In this document: piece after piece, positions 25,201 through 37,236 of the stretch
Numbering within the stretch: position 1 is the first letter of the stretch
Layout: every line of letters starts with the position of its first letter
NCBI RefSeq assembly: GCF_964355755.1
Contig: NC_092674.1
Span: 23,560,001-23,624,000 of the forward strand
Reading direction: 5' to 3'
From: Antedon mediterranea
Taxonomy: Eukaryota > Animalia > Echinodermata
DNA length: 64,000 bases
Made by a program: the position numbers and the translations under genes
The notes under the pieces: model-generated
Databases searched by the model: none
Told to the model about the DNA's origin: nothing
Seen by the model: the letters and a program-made list of their open reading frames with translations, nothing else

Positions 25201-28200
25201 TGTAATTTTGTATGGCTTAGTCCAGGTCTCATGCATACCATATAAAAGATAGTCCTGGATTAGTTAGTCCAAGACTGGATAGTCCTGGACTAAAGTTGGT
25301 CCAGGACTATTAGATAGTCCCCTTTTATGAATACAGGCCTTAGTGATTTTATAAAAACAAGACACACACACATTATAGAATTTTGTGAGTTAATATTGAA
25401 AACCTACTGTACATACTGCATCAGTAACGCGGGTAGTACAGTCACAAACATTTTGTGTCATTTTGTCGCATTTGTTAATTTGCCCGATACGTATTGTATC
25501 GTAAAAAGTTGTTATGTTTAAAGTCATTCAAGTATGTCTGGTCTTCCAATTAATTAGAACATCCCTTCTCTTCAGGGAAGGAGAAAAGCTAAAAATACCC
25601 TCACTTTTGTACTTGAAATATTGTTGTTTATGGTTTGGCCTTGGGCAGATCTTGCTTGAAGGTGTCAAAAAGCATTTTTTCTAACAATTTTTTCAATAGT
25701 ATAAAAGTATGTGACATAGCATTCTTCCTATGACACTTTAAATGTTGTTTTTTTTCAGTTGTCGATAAATGAAAATAATTTACACGAAATATTGGAATAT
25801 AATAATAAGTATAAACTTCCTCATATCGTACAACTACTCATAACAAATTTTCTCAACTTTCTATCATCTAAAAGTCGTAGTTAGTCATGTCTCGGGTCAC
25901 ATTCTATGGTCACCGTACAGATAGGCTACTACATCAGTACTTCTATGAATGGATGACTAGTTGGTGACAAGAACGCTAGTTGGTCATACCCAGTACCGTT
26001 TTGATTTTACGATCTTTCGGGAAACCACCTCACGACATTAAACCAAAGAGATTAGAGAGTAAACTACAATCATATTAGCTAATTAAGTGATTCACCATAA
26101 AGGTACCATGGAATATGACTGCATCTATTGGCCAATCAGTTAAATGACACTCCCTAAACCATTCAGGTACTGAAACTTATGCAAAAATGTACCAACAAAC
26201 TATTGGCAATTAGGTCATTATTTTCAAAGCATTCACAAAAAAAAATATTTGTAAACTTATGGCAGCAACTAGACTAGGCCTATAGCTAGAGCTATGTTCG
26301 TATTAAGTTACGTTACTGGAAAAAACTAACCTAAAGACCATTGCATTGCTTTCCTTTTATCATAATTTACCATAAAACATACATTTAAGACAAGGAATGA
26401 CCTGGTTTAATATTTTTAAAGTAATATGCATTATTTTTACAAAACGTCAAAAGGTATAGGGAATAGGACTTCACATTTTTATCTTGTAAACAAATCCAAA
26501 ATTGGAAAGTAGGTTAAAAATAAAATTATAAACATCCAATTTAAACCCACTCTGTCAGTTCTTCACGCCAACAAAATTAATATGTGTTAAATTGCAATTT
26601 AAAGAATTACATTGGCGTGTCATACAAATATAATATTGTAGAGGAACAGAACTAACTAGTTTAAATATGCCGAGATTTTAATTACGGCCATTTTACCTTT
26701 TAACCCAAACGTATCAGGAAGATACCTCAAACACACTAGATTTAGGACACAATCTATATTTCTATACATATCAGATATCGGAGAAGTGTGGCCGTCAATC
26801 GCGGCTAATTTTGATCAGGATTGTTCACAATGTTTAACTATATAAAAAAGGTGTTAAACTTATTCAACATGATAACGAAAAAGCTGGCTTATGTTTAGAA
26901 AACCCACGACTAATAGTAGATTTAAATTGCATTGAAACGCGCAACATCCACTGGGACCGTAGCATAGTGCCAAGTAACCATCAATCTCAAGGACACGATA
27001 TTCTATTGTCTACAAAAAAAAAAAATCTATCTGCTGTTTTCTTACTTGTGACTCGTTGGTATGTTGTTATAATTAGGATTATAAGTCACTTGTGTTGTTA
27101 ACAACTAACAATTTATTTTGTTTGTCTGTCAATGAGGTGTTGAGATATTCGGTCTTTGTTAATATCTATCATAATTTTAAGTGAATAAAAGAGGACAGAT
27201 TTATTTATATGTTTTTATATTAAATAATTTTGATTTATGATTTTTATTTGATCCATTTTTAACAATTCAAAATACACAGGTACAGTAAATCAAATCTAAT
27301 CATGGGAATATCGTAATATTAATTATAATATTTTATATTATGCCCATTCACTACGTAGTCTAATGGTCAATTTATTCTTAGTATTAGTATGCACCAGTAG
27401 TAGCCACTGAGATGTAAAGTCCACTACAAGGGACTGAATCTCAGGGTCAATTAACTCCTTTCTTTAACCATTTTTTAAGCCTCTTCTATGTCAACACAGT
27501 TTCAGAGAATCACCTAATTTGCTGTTATTTATAAATGACAATAACAGCTATTTTTTAAGCTATAACATATTCTATTTTTAATACACAATTTTCGATTTGT
27601 ATTTAAGTGTATTTCTGAATACAAATACTGTATAATACAATAGAATTATTAGTTGTCCTAAAAGGTTCATTTATTATTTTACCTTTATACATTTTTTTTT
27701 ATTTCAGGTGTAATTAATACTAATAATAATTCATTTTTTATTTTTTAGGTGAACTTTAAATTAAGAGATGAAAACTCTCAACTTCTGAGAGATAATGGAC
27801 GACTGAAGCATGAAATTGTGAGCCAATCACCAAAAAAGTAAGTAATCATGTGACAGGTAGGAGTGGTGGAAATACTTTTGCTTTGCAATGACCTACGTCA
27901 TGGTCATTCATGGACACATGTGTCGACGTCGGGACGTTCTTCCTCACTCAGTTAATACAACAACCAACATGTGCTAGGTCGTCTGAAATCAAGAGCCCGC
28001 TATATGGACGAAATGTTGAACATGCTCCTCCCTACCTAATGCCGTATCCACGAACCATGTTCGCACACTTTCACATCAATCTACAACTTGGGTTACCCCC
28101 TTACCCCCGGCCTATAGACACTATACTAAGGGTTTCTTTTAAGTGTACACAAGTATATTGTGACCGTATGGAGCAGTGTAAGGGCGTGTGGCGCAGTGTG

Positions 28201-31200
28201 TGGGACGTTGACACAAGACAAAACTTTGCGTTGATTACTACAGTAGGTGCATTATGGGAGTATGTTTCCATACGTGTTTGATCCATGATTGGGTAATAAT
28301 GTTCAGCTCTTAGAGGTTTCACAAGGCGCTATATAAATCCAGGATGTTATTAAATTATGTACACTGGACTGACAATTAAGCCTGGTTTCCATAAAATCGC
28401 TACACGACAGAGCGTAGCGATTCTATGGAAACGCTAGAATTTATCGGGGATCTAGTACGTGAGCGCTAAATATTCTTTGGTACGCGTATACGATTCATCG
28501 CCGACACAATCGGCAAAGTTGAACAAGGTTGAACTTTGCCGATTTGACTGCGATGAATCGGGGAGCCTTCCCGATTGCGTCGGCTACATCTGCGTGTGTA
28601 GCGATTTTAATGGAAACGCTGTAGCGATTTTAATGGAAACCAGGCTTTACAGTATAAGTGCCGGCGATGAATCGTATACGCGTACCAAAGAATATTTAGC
28701 GCTCGCGTACTAGATCCCCGATAAATTCTAGCGTTTCCATAGAATCGCTACGCTCTGTCGTGTAGCGATTTTATAGAAACCAGGCTTTAAGGGCTCAGGA
28801 GTTCTACAGTATTTGACTTGTGATAATTTTTCCTTCTCAAATTATTAGAAAAACCAAACAGGTTTAAAAGCAGAAAAGAAATAGAAATGAGATATCAGAT
28901 AAGATAAGAGTGGGAGACAGTGAAGGGCATTGGTCGCCAACATCCTTCACATTTTAACATCTGGTTTTCTAACATAAACCTCTTTATCCAAACTGCCATC
29001 ATCTTTTAGAAAAACCTTTCAAACCATTTATTATTCATGTTCCTTAACTCTGTTACCACCGTCACGAACTTAATGTACTACTTGTTTCGTAATCAATTAT
29101 TCAATCGAAGATTTTGGGAAATTGAATTTTGGAGTTTATTCTTACATTGTATCATTAAATAGATACTGGGAATAAAGCCCATGGGACTATGTATAAACTT
29201 ACAGCCATTTGAAACGCCTTATAGCGGATCATATCCTTTCAATATTTATGAGTTCTAAGCGTAGTAAATTCTGTCAATTCTATTAAAAACTGTACTTTTT
29301 CAATTTCGTTAGGGATACATTGTCTCAAAATAGTTTAAGCATTTAATAGATAGAAAGTTGATTAAACCAATCACAAAATGATATGAATGTTTTTGCTATT
29401 TACTGTATTTTCTAATTCCTTGTTGGTAAACAACTCCATTCCCAAATATTTGTTGATGTACAACAAACTAAAATAGAGCATCTTTTGTATTTGTGTTTTT
29501 GTTTATCTTGTAAACAAGATTGCCACATTTAAGAAGGATAGTGCTAACAAGTTTTAACAGATTGACTAAAAAAAACTTGTAGATCATCATGTTGAGTTAC
29601 TAGTTTTTGGTGTGTTTTTTTTATCAATGTTAAAAAGCAGTGGTTCAAAACTAGAGATCTAAAATACAATACAATTTGGTGGCACCACTGACATCAAAGC
29701 ATAGTAAATAATAATAAATAATACTGATTATACTGTATTGTGTAATAACTTTCTTAATATAGAGCTTTGATTTAATAAATCGTAATAAAAAATCTGGTTA
29801 ATAAATTTTAAATAGCTTGTTAATAAAGTTTTTAAATATCTGGTTATAAATATTTTTTATAGAGCCATGAACCTAAGGTCTTTAAATATCTGGTCAACAA
29901 GGTTTTTAAATTATAAATAGCTGATTATGAAATAAATTTTTTTTTTCCTTGTAATACCCTATACCATGCTGTGTAACTAACTATTGTAGCAAGTCAAGTG
30001 ATGTATTTGCTATCGACAGTAAATATTAAGAAGGGTTGTATTGTAGGTATCTTTATTATACTTGAAAGTCTAAAATTAAAGACTTAGACCTAAATTAGTT
30101 ATTTATAACAACAGTATGGTATACAGAGCCACTTGTGTTTGCTAACGGTTTAATGTAGTCTTTTGTTCTACTACCATAGTCTTACTGTTTTTGTTTTGTA
30201 GATTATCATGTCCACTTGATCTAATCTAATCTTATCATTATCCCTGTACATGGGGATTTAAATTAACATATAGTTGTGGAGAATTAACAGCTAGGTCTAT
30301 CTGTTTATAATAGTTTAGAAGATTTCAACTTCCCACTGTTTCTATGTTTATTGATTTCATTCAGACGTTACTACCAAAAGCTAATGTGTGTACAAATTCT
30401 TAGATGAATTAAAAGACAAATAGCATATACTTTGTAAATAAGTAGCTACTTCTTAAGTCACTTGTTTTTGGGTTGACAATAGTCCCCAGACAGAGACTTA
30501 GTGACTTTAGAACATTAGAATAAAGCCTCATGGGATAAGAACAATATCGACTTAAGGCAATTGCATAGGATTGTTTACATCTTGCGGACAATAGATGAAA
30601 TTGTTCTGCCCGATCAGTGTAAACATTCGTCAGATATGAGCATAAGTGCCTGGATTGGAAAAATATCGTGCATAATTTACAAGTTTTTATTGTGTTAAAT
30701 TAGTTTAAACACTTGCTTTATTTGACAACAATGAAATCACTTGTTCAAGTTCTTTGCCCCTTGTCAGAAAAAAGAAATAGTAATAGTAAAATCTGTAAAA
30801 TGGACATGAAAGAACTGTTCACTTACACCAGAGGTGTTCGTTAATGAGATAGCCAATGACCGATAGCGTACCAAACTGTTTTTAGTGTAACATGTTTGAA
30901 AGTTTGTAGGGTTTACCGAAATGACCTCACAATATTCAGGCCATTTTATTGTAATTATTATATATGTTTCATTAAATTATTTAAAATAAAATATGTTCAG
31001 TTATTTTGTATAGAAATTTTATTTAACAAAAAACGTTTCATATGTCCACTTAGGAAAGTCAGAGACTCCCTGTGAAAGTAAATTATCAATAAACTCTACA
31101 TATTGAAGAATAGGAAAAACAAACAAATAGTTAAAAGCCTAAACATTTTGTTCCTTTTGACACTTTATAATAATTTAGTTTTATATCATTCAATTTAAAT

Positions 31201-32481
31201 TTAAGATATGAGAGATTCACAGCTGCTGCACAACACAACAGATTACTGCAGTCAGAGAAGCAGATTAAGCAGCTAAGAAAAGCTCTGGAGAGATCTGACA
31301 ACTACATAGAAGAACTTGAACAAACTTTGAAGAGGGGGTCAATAAATGCCAACGAAAGTTGCAGCAAGACAGAAGCTATGGGTAAGTTTAGATTAAATTT
31401 TTAGAATGACCATTTTGCCCAAAACAGAAAAATATGGAAACAAATTGTAGAAAGTGCAATGTTGAAGTGGAAAACGTGGAGACTCTGCAGTAGATTAATT
31501 GTCGATGTTGGTTTTATTTCCTAATTAATTTATGTCTGATAAATTCATATTTTAGGAGATGTTTTATATTCACAAAATACCAGTCTTTCAAGTTCAGGAG
31601 AAAGGAGCTTAGAAAATTCATCGTTTCTTGAAAAGCCAAGTCCAATCACTCCATCTTCTGGGATCAGTAAGATGTCTATAACTGGAGAGCGTCAGGCAGG
31701 AGATAGTCCGACTATCTCAAAGATGTATGGAGATGGTCCAACTACATCAAGAATGTCTGGAGATGGTTCGACTATCTCAAGGATGACTGCAGGGGGTTCG
31801 ACTATCTCAAGGATGCCGTTTAACAGGCAGTTAAACTTTGAAACAGGAATGGCGGTATTTTCTGATGAAAAAAACAATGCAACTTTTGATAACTTGGACT
31901 ACACACTGACTGACGAACTATCAGATTGCGCAAAGTTAATGGAGGAAGCTGCGCATCGTTTAAGTACAAGAAAAGAACTTAGTTTGGAATTTTTAGAGAG
32001 TGGCACTTCTTCAGTAGGGAAAGGAGATCATGCCTCAAATAGAAATAAGTCGAGGAATGTACCGTCTGTTGGTTCGTATCGTTCAAAGGAAGATTTTAAA
32101 CTTGAAGAATTTCTTCCTGGTTGCTTATCAGGTATTACTTCTGATGGTTCTTCAGACCTATCGTTATCAACTAGTTTAAGTAATAGTGATGGAACCAATA
32201 AACATCACCAAAGCAAGAAAGACAACCATGTGGTTTCTACAACCAAAGAGTGTGGTTTCACTTCTAGCGTATTGCATGCCAACAAACCAAGAAGCACATA
32301 TTCTTATGACAACCTTAGTGATGCCACTCCATCAACATCTGGTGTGTCTTCAGCGGAAAGGAGATCACTTGGCGAGTCACAGACATTGCAAATGGATGAA
32401 AATGGCGGCTTAAAAAGAAAGGCTGGGGAAGGTTACAGGTATGGATTGAACAGTCCAAGTAAAACTACAAAATCAGAATAA
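16161..32481 (+). CDS. OBI1: OBI1/RNF219 ORC ubiquitin ligase 1 (N-terminal RING, coiled coil, long Ser-rich tail), about 592 aa, 7 exons
   Basis: Exons 16161-16238, 16815-16950, 17199-17290, 19950-20231, 27749-27837, 31206-31381 and 31556-32481, with consistent phases. LPISCQICLCKVKEPLVCPNQHVFCTKCMRVWLQHNQHCPSCRIPITPDTPCKQIIGG and LRKALERSDNYIEELE match RNF219. Confidence 0.93.
16815..16950 (+). CDS. OBI1: OBI1 exon 2 (RING finger core)
   Basis: CPNQHVFCTKC...CPSCR; ttcag acceptor, gtaaag donor. Confidence 0.95.
17199..17290 (+). CDS. OBI1: OBI1 exon 3 (GGPSPPNSNHARFSTPAIRKVRFEMIYKEYE)
   Basis: 92 nt, phase 1 to 0, similar to RNF219 LRKTRLELLHKEYE. Confidence 0.9.
18510..19746 (-). mobile_element. 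Non-autonomous Helitron (about 1.24 kb) in OBI1 intron 3
   Basis: Minus strand begins TC(TATATATAA) and ends CTAG, inserted between A and T with no TSD; terminal GC-rich hairpin ctagatggtacgc-gagcgaagcga-gcgtaccatctag at 18510-18546. Confidence 0.8.
19950..20231 (+). CDS. OBI1: OBI1 exon 4 (coiled coil, DEIAKLNEKVKSLEEKNLTLE...DMDHLKQ)
   Basis: 282 nt, open frame, overlaps ORF 20103-20342, gtaaga donor. Confidence 0.9.
21951..22630 (+). mobile_element. Helentron-associated (HINE/DINE-1-like) non-autonomous element
   Basis: AACTAG start, subterminal acctccgcc, (ACAA)n tract, 3' hairpin tacctccttggcgggggta; related copy at 49067-49546 on the minus strand. Confidence 0.6.
22890..23075 (+). mobile_element. 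Degenerate copy of the same SINE
   Basis: ttaggcaagac...tgcctctctccacccagg...gcgctgattac shared with 2801-3107. Confidence 0.7.
23396..23566. mobile_element. MITE family with TIR AGCTCTGTCTACACTATCAAA (Harbinger-like), representative copy
   Basis: Other copies at about 7534-7611, 23077-23200, 35262-35705, 39530-39691, 47987-48112, 51292-51454 and 62957-63103; internal catatcactaccatattt repeats. Confidence 0.8.
27749..27837 (+). CDS. OBI1: OBI1 exon 5 (VNFKLRDENSQLLRDNGRLKHEIVSQSPK)
   Basis: 89 nt, tttttag acceptor, gtaagt donor, phase 0 to 2. Confidence 0.88.
28181..28350 (+). mobile_element. Internally deleted copy of the same SINE
   Basis: agggcgtgtggcgc head joined directly to caagacaaaactttgcg...gcgctatataa tail. 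Confidence 0.75.
28379..28786. mobile_element. PIF/Harbinger-like MITE (28379-28646) plus an inverted duplicate of its left arm (28658-28786)
   Basis: TIR agcctggtttccat; 129-bp arms 28379-28507 and 28658-28786 are near-perfect reverse complements. Confidence 0.8.
31206..31381 (+). CDS. OBI1: OBI1 exon 6 (YERFTAAAQHNRLLQSEKQIKQLRKALERSDNYIEELE...)
   Basis: 176 nt, conserved KALERSDxYIEELE motif. Confidence 0.92.
31556..32481 (+). CDS. OBI1: OBI1 terminal exon 7 (Ser/Thr-rich disordered tail)
   Basis: In frame with ORF 31672-32481; ttttag acceptor at 31555; AATAAA at 32685-32690 downstream. Confidence 0.88.
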
Positions 32482-33024
32482 CAAGAACGATTTTCCATTT
32501 TATTTTTTAACTTTGAATTTTAGTTTCTGTAGGAACGTTAACAAGTTAAATTGTCTTTAAAATGTTTTAACAACTATTGCAATATTAGCACTTTTTCTTG
32601 TTTCTCACTCACATCATCTAATAATTATAATAATAACAGGCATTTTGATAAAACATCCATGTAATTTATGAACAATTTTGTAATAATAAATCTATTTATT
32701 GTAACGTAATAATATTTTTGTTTTTAGTGTTTCTATTTGGTGTTTTTATGTACATTTGCTAATCGAATTTATATTATATTAATCTTTTTATTTATTTATT
32801 TTTTTCCATTATTTAAGATCGGCATCTCGAAGTCCCGTTTTACAGTCCAAAAAGTGTTTTTAAAAGTAAAAATTATGCGGTTTTTGCCGCGATGTCTTTT
32901 CTTGAATCGTTTTAAATATTTATATTTTAGTATATACTTCCTAGAAATTCCGGAAATTCAAGACAAAAATATGTAGTTGTCAGTCGAGATTAAATAATTT
33001 TTGTTTGTTTTTTTATTACGTTAA

Positions 33025-33111
33025 GCCTGTTTTCCACTAGGCGAATATTTGTTGATTAGTTGAGAAATTTATCGCACCGCGTCAATAATTTCGTCTCGTG
33101 GAAAACAGGCG
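33025..33111. mobile_element. Small Harbinger-like MITE
   Basis: agcctgttttccactaggcgaa ... ttcgtctcgtggaaaacaggcg. Confidence 0.55.
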
Positions 33112-35261
33112 TTAGACAAGCTTTCATCCTACTATACTATATGAAAATAATATTTTTACAAATCAAATCAAATTAAGTCAGAACAATTATGCGTACCGGT
33201 ATACGATACAACAATTGTATTGACTGTCATTTGATTTAAATTTTTGAAACAAATAGTGCTATTTTTTTTATATCGAAGACAGTATAAACATGAGTTATCA
33301 TATAGTTAAATCTTCAATTAAATCATTTCCACAGTGAATTAAGCCAGACCCCTCCGCGGCCGAGGTACCTATTCTGTGAGAGTTGTAGATTCTAACGATT
33401 GGGCTGATTCCAATTACTGTAGTATGGTAAATAATACAATTCATTCATTCATGATTACAATCAAAAGTCACAAAATTCTTCTGACTGGGTGCATATTCAA
33501 TGGAACATATTATCTCTACTATTTTCTTTTGTTTTTTGTAGGATAATATATATTTATATATTCATCGTTTTTCGTTATCGTCGTATAAACATGTCGTAAC
33601 ACTGCAAGTTATACGATCCATTTGCGGTGGCGCCACCCTTTATAAAATTAAGCTCAAACTTTAAAATGTAACTATTATTGCTATTGTTACCACCACCATA
33701 ATATTGCAACGACTTCCTTATAGTTCTAGTAAAGATGGTGTTCCATGATTACCCCATGTCTATCTGTTATTAAATTACTCTTTTATTGTCCGCTATAAAT
33801 TTGTGATTAGGTAGCGATACCAACAGCTACATTGTATTATTATTAATTGCTTCCTATTGGCTTCTATAAGCAAAAATGTGATCGATATTAGTAACTTACC
33901 CACTATTTGAAATAGTTTTGTAGCGAGCTTTCCTAGAGGAATAAGACGGCAATAAACATACCGTCTTAATCAAAAAGTGTAAAATTTGTTTACAAATGTT
34001 GTTTATGTACAGTATGATGATTACAAAGAATAATGTTTTATCTTTTTTACTGACTTATGAATTACACGTTTCTCTGATCTTTTCTTTATGTAATTTGCTG
34101 CATACGTTTGTATCCTCTTAATTAGCATTGGCAGAAATTTACATTTTTTTGCCTCTATATATCTGTACAGATACATTTGTTTTTGATATGTACAATTACC
34201 GTATCTTCCATCCATACCGTCCCGAGCTCGTAGAATAGTCTAATCCCGCAATTTGTGCATAGAACAGTTATTCAGTTCTATAGGCTTATATTAAAGCCCT
34301 TTCTTTCTTTTCCCCGTTTTTACAATTAACACAATTTCTTTCAAATAAAATCAAACATAGTCTAGTCGGTTCCCGATAGATATGAAACAATTTGGGCCCC
34401 TCCCCCTCTCGCTAAATTTCGAAAATTGCAATGTCAAAGATTGGTTGAGTTGCGTCACTTTATTTTGTAATTTAAGGCCCTCTTATTTCAAAATCATGGA
34501 TCCGCATATTATGTTACACATTTCTTCAGTTTGAATTTCGTATCTTAAGATGCGAATCTAAATGTATCTCATTCTATTGTTCATCTGTGATATTTACCAT
34601 TTTTGCCGCGCGCAACCGAAAAGACTCCCAGTAGAGTTTTTCTAAAACGTTTTGTCGTCAAACGCATACCTTTGCACGTTACAGCCGACTCAGACTCATC
34701 TTTACTCTTTGGTGCCCACAGGGAATCTCACCCTTAAACATCAACTTCACATTCTGTGATGTTTGCCAAGGACGGCCACTTTGCATGCAGGAGTAACAAT
34801 TTCCGGTAATTAGGTGTCCCAGCTAAGCCGACGAATTCCTCGGCAAGATCGCGTCAATGTTCTGACTTTTATCTCGCGAGAAGACAAACACGACTAAAAT
34901 ATTGTAACGCCTTCGTACAAAGGATAAACACTTTCGGGTTGTTTAGTTAATTATGCATGTATTGGTTTAATGCACTCAAAAATAGAGAGAGAAAAAAACC
35001 TAAACATTTCAAATAAAATATATTGCTTTATATAGTGTTTGATTGTTGGCGGCGGCCCGATCTTACAACTAAGATCTCCGTATTCGTGCTTTTATCGATC
35101 GAGATTTTAAACAATCATAATTAATAAAACATAAATATGATTATCATATTTATTTAATCATAGTATTTAATAATGGGCGTATGATATGATGATACATTGA
35201 TAATTTAACAATGAATCAATTCGATTCATTTATTTATAGTATGTAAATATTCAGTTACTCA

Positions 35262-35705
35262 AAGCTCTGTCTGCACTATCAAACTTTATGTGACAAAAAA
35301 ATTGTGATGTGCTCATGTGGACATGATGATGTCATATCACTACCCTATTTAATAATAATAATAATATTTATTCGGCAAAAGTTCATAAAAGTACATTTCA
35401 CAATTCATCTTGCCAGGAGCAAGTAATAGGCATGAGCCCAAACAGAAAACTGTTCTTACTCCATCATTACTTATAAAATACAAAAATAACAAAACTAAGT
35501 AGCACAAATTAAGTAAAAACAAAACAAAACAAAGTTATAATGAGATACACCAATTAAAAATAAGCTGCATTGAATAAACAATATAAACAATTACAACTTA
35601 ATATCACTACCATATTTTGGCATATCACTACCATATTTTGGCATATCACTACCATATTTGAGCACATCACATCTTTTTTGTCAAACTGATAGTGAAGACA
35701 GAGCT
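35262..35705. mobile_element. AGCTCTGTCTACAC MITE interrupted by an about 250-bp retroposed fragment
   Basis: MITE halves flank an insert at about 35351-35600 that begins with (AAT)n-atttatt, i.e. a minus-strand AATAAA plus (ATT)n tail. Confidence 0.65.
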
Positions 35706-36717
35706 GTATACAACAACGACGAAAACAGTTTCAAGTTCAAGTTTATTTGTTCAAACAAAATAATATGAACTAATAATATAATATAGGCCTAAATGTAACT
35801 TAAATACAAATGTTGTGTGAAGAACACGCAATAAGTCAACGATTTTGATTTGGTCATTTATTTATTTATTCATTCGTTTGATCAATCAATTTCAATACAC
35901 TTACGATATAAAAGAAAGTTCAAGTTTGCAAGCTATACATTGTAAATGGGCGTTAAAATATTATAAAAAATCAATTAAAGATGTATTGTCCCTCAAAAAC
36001 ATCACAAATGAAGATTAAATAAATCTTTGAATAGGTTATTTTGTAGGTTGAATACTTTCGTAGAGAAAAAAAAGAACAAAAATAATGTTTTCACTTATTA
36101 AAGGACAAAATAAATGGTTAAATTCTGGCAGCCAATTTGAATATGTTTTGCTTTAAATTACTGTTTTTCAGGTGAATTATTTTTTTGGATCCAATTTTTG
36201 GTCAAAGTGAATAATAGGTGACATTAAAATGGCCAAAAAAAAATTTAATAATTATTTTTTCAGGGTGACAATAACAAAAACATGAGGTCAAAAGCAAATT
36301 TAAAAGTGTATCCTGTAACAAGTGTAGGCCTATAACAATGATGATGAAAAAGAGCAGGTAAACAACTGACGTACATTTAGATCAGGATAGCAAACCAAAC
36401 AACACAGTTAAAGATATATTGTCCCATGAAAAAATAATTTTTTTAAATTTTTGTTTTGAATATGCAATTTTAATGTTACATAACAGTTATTCACTTCTAC
36501 CAACAATTGGATCGGGAAAAAAATATTTTTACTTTAAAATACTAAAATTTAAAGCAAAACATTGTCAAATTGGCTGCCAGCCAATTGGTTTTTGGTTAAA
36601 CTTAAGCGTTTATTTGTTTTTGTCATAAGTGAAAACAATTTTTGTTTTCATTTTTTCCAAGAAAGTGATTAACTTTATTAAATCTTCAAAATGGACTAAT
36701 CAAATTCTGATTTATTA

Positions 36718-37236
36718 ATCAGGGAAGAGTGATAAAGTAGAACAAATATTTACTTATTACTTATTATTTTTATAATTTTTTTTTAAACAAGTAGGCCTAG
36801 ATGTTTAGAATAACTTAATTTGCAATAAATAGACCTCAAAAAATATATATAATATTTGGTTAGGTCAGAGAAGAGTGGTAAAGTAAAATAAATATTTACC
36901 CCCAAAAAAGTGTTTTGGGTTCTTTTTTTTTTAAAGCAAGCACGCCTAGATGTTTAGAATAACTTAATTTTTCATAAATAGGCTCCAAATATATATAATT
37001 TGGTTAGGTCAGGGAAGAGTGGTAAAGTATAACAAATATTTACCCCAAAAGTGTTTTGGGTTCTTTTTTTTAAAGGCAAGTAGGCCTAGATGTTTAGAAT
37101 AACTTAATTTGCCATAAATATGCTCCAAAAATATATATATTTGGTTAGGTCATGGAAAAGTGGTAAAATAGAACAAAAATTTACCCCCAACAAATATTTT
37201 AGGTTCTTATTATAAAAAAGCAAATAGGCCTAGATG
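36718..37236. repeat. About 145-bp tandem repeat, about 3.6 diverged copies
   Basis: Recurrent tcagggaagagtggtaaagta...gtaggcctagatgtttagaataacttaattt...tttggttagg. Confidence 0.85.

Noticed and set aside
27910-28713. ORFs of 123, 73 and 84 aa as nested genes in OBI1 intron 5
   Set aside because: They run through a SINE copy and a MITE and show no recognisable protein features.
31672-32481. Stand-alone 269-aa gene
   Set aside because: It is the in-frame 3' part of OBI1 exon 7, whose acceptor is at 31555.
36718-37236. Repeat-spacer array
   Set aside because: The whole about 145-bp unit repeats with drift; an ordinary tandem repeat.
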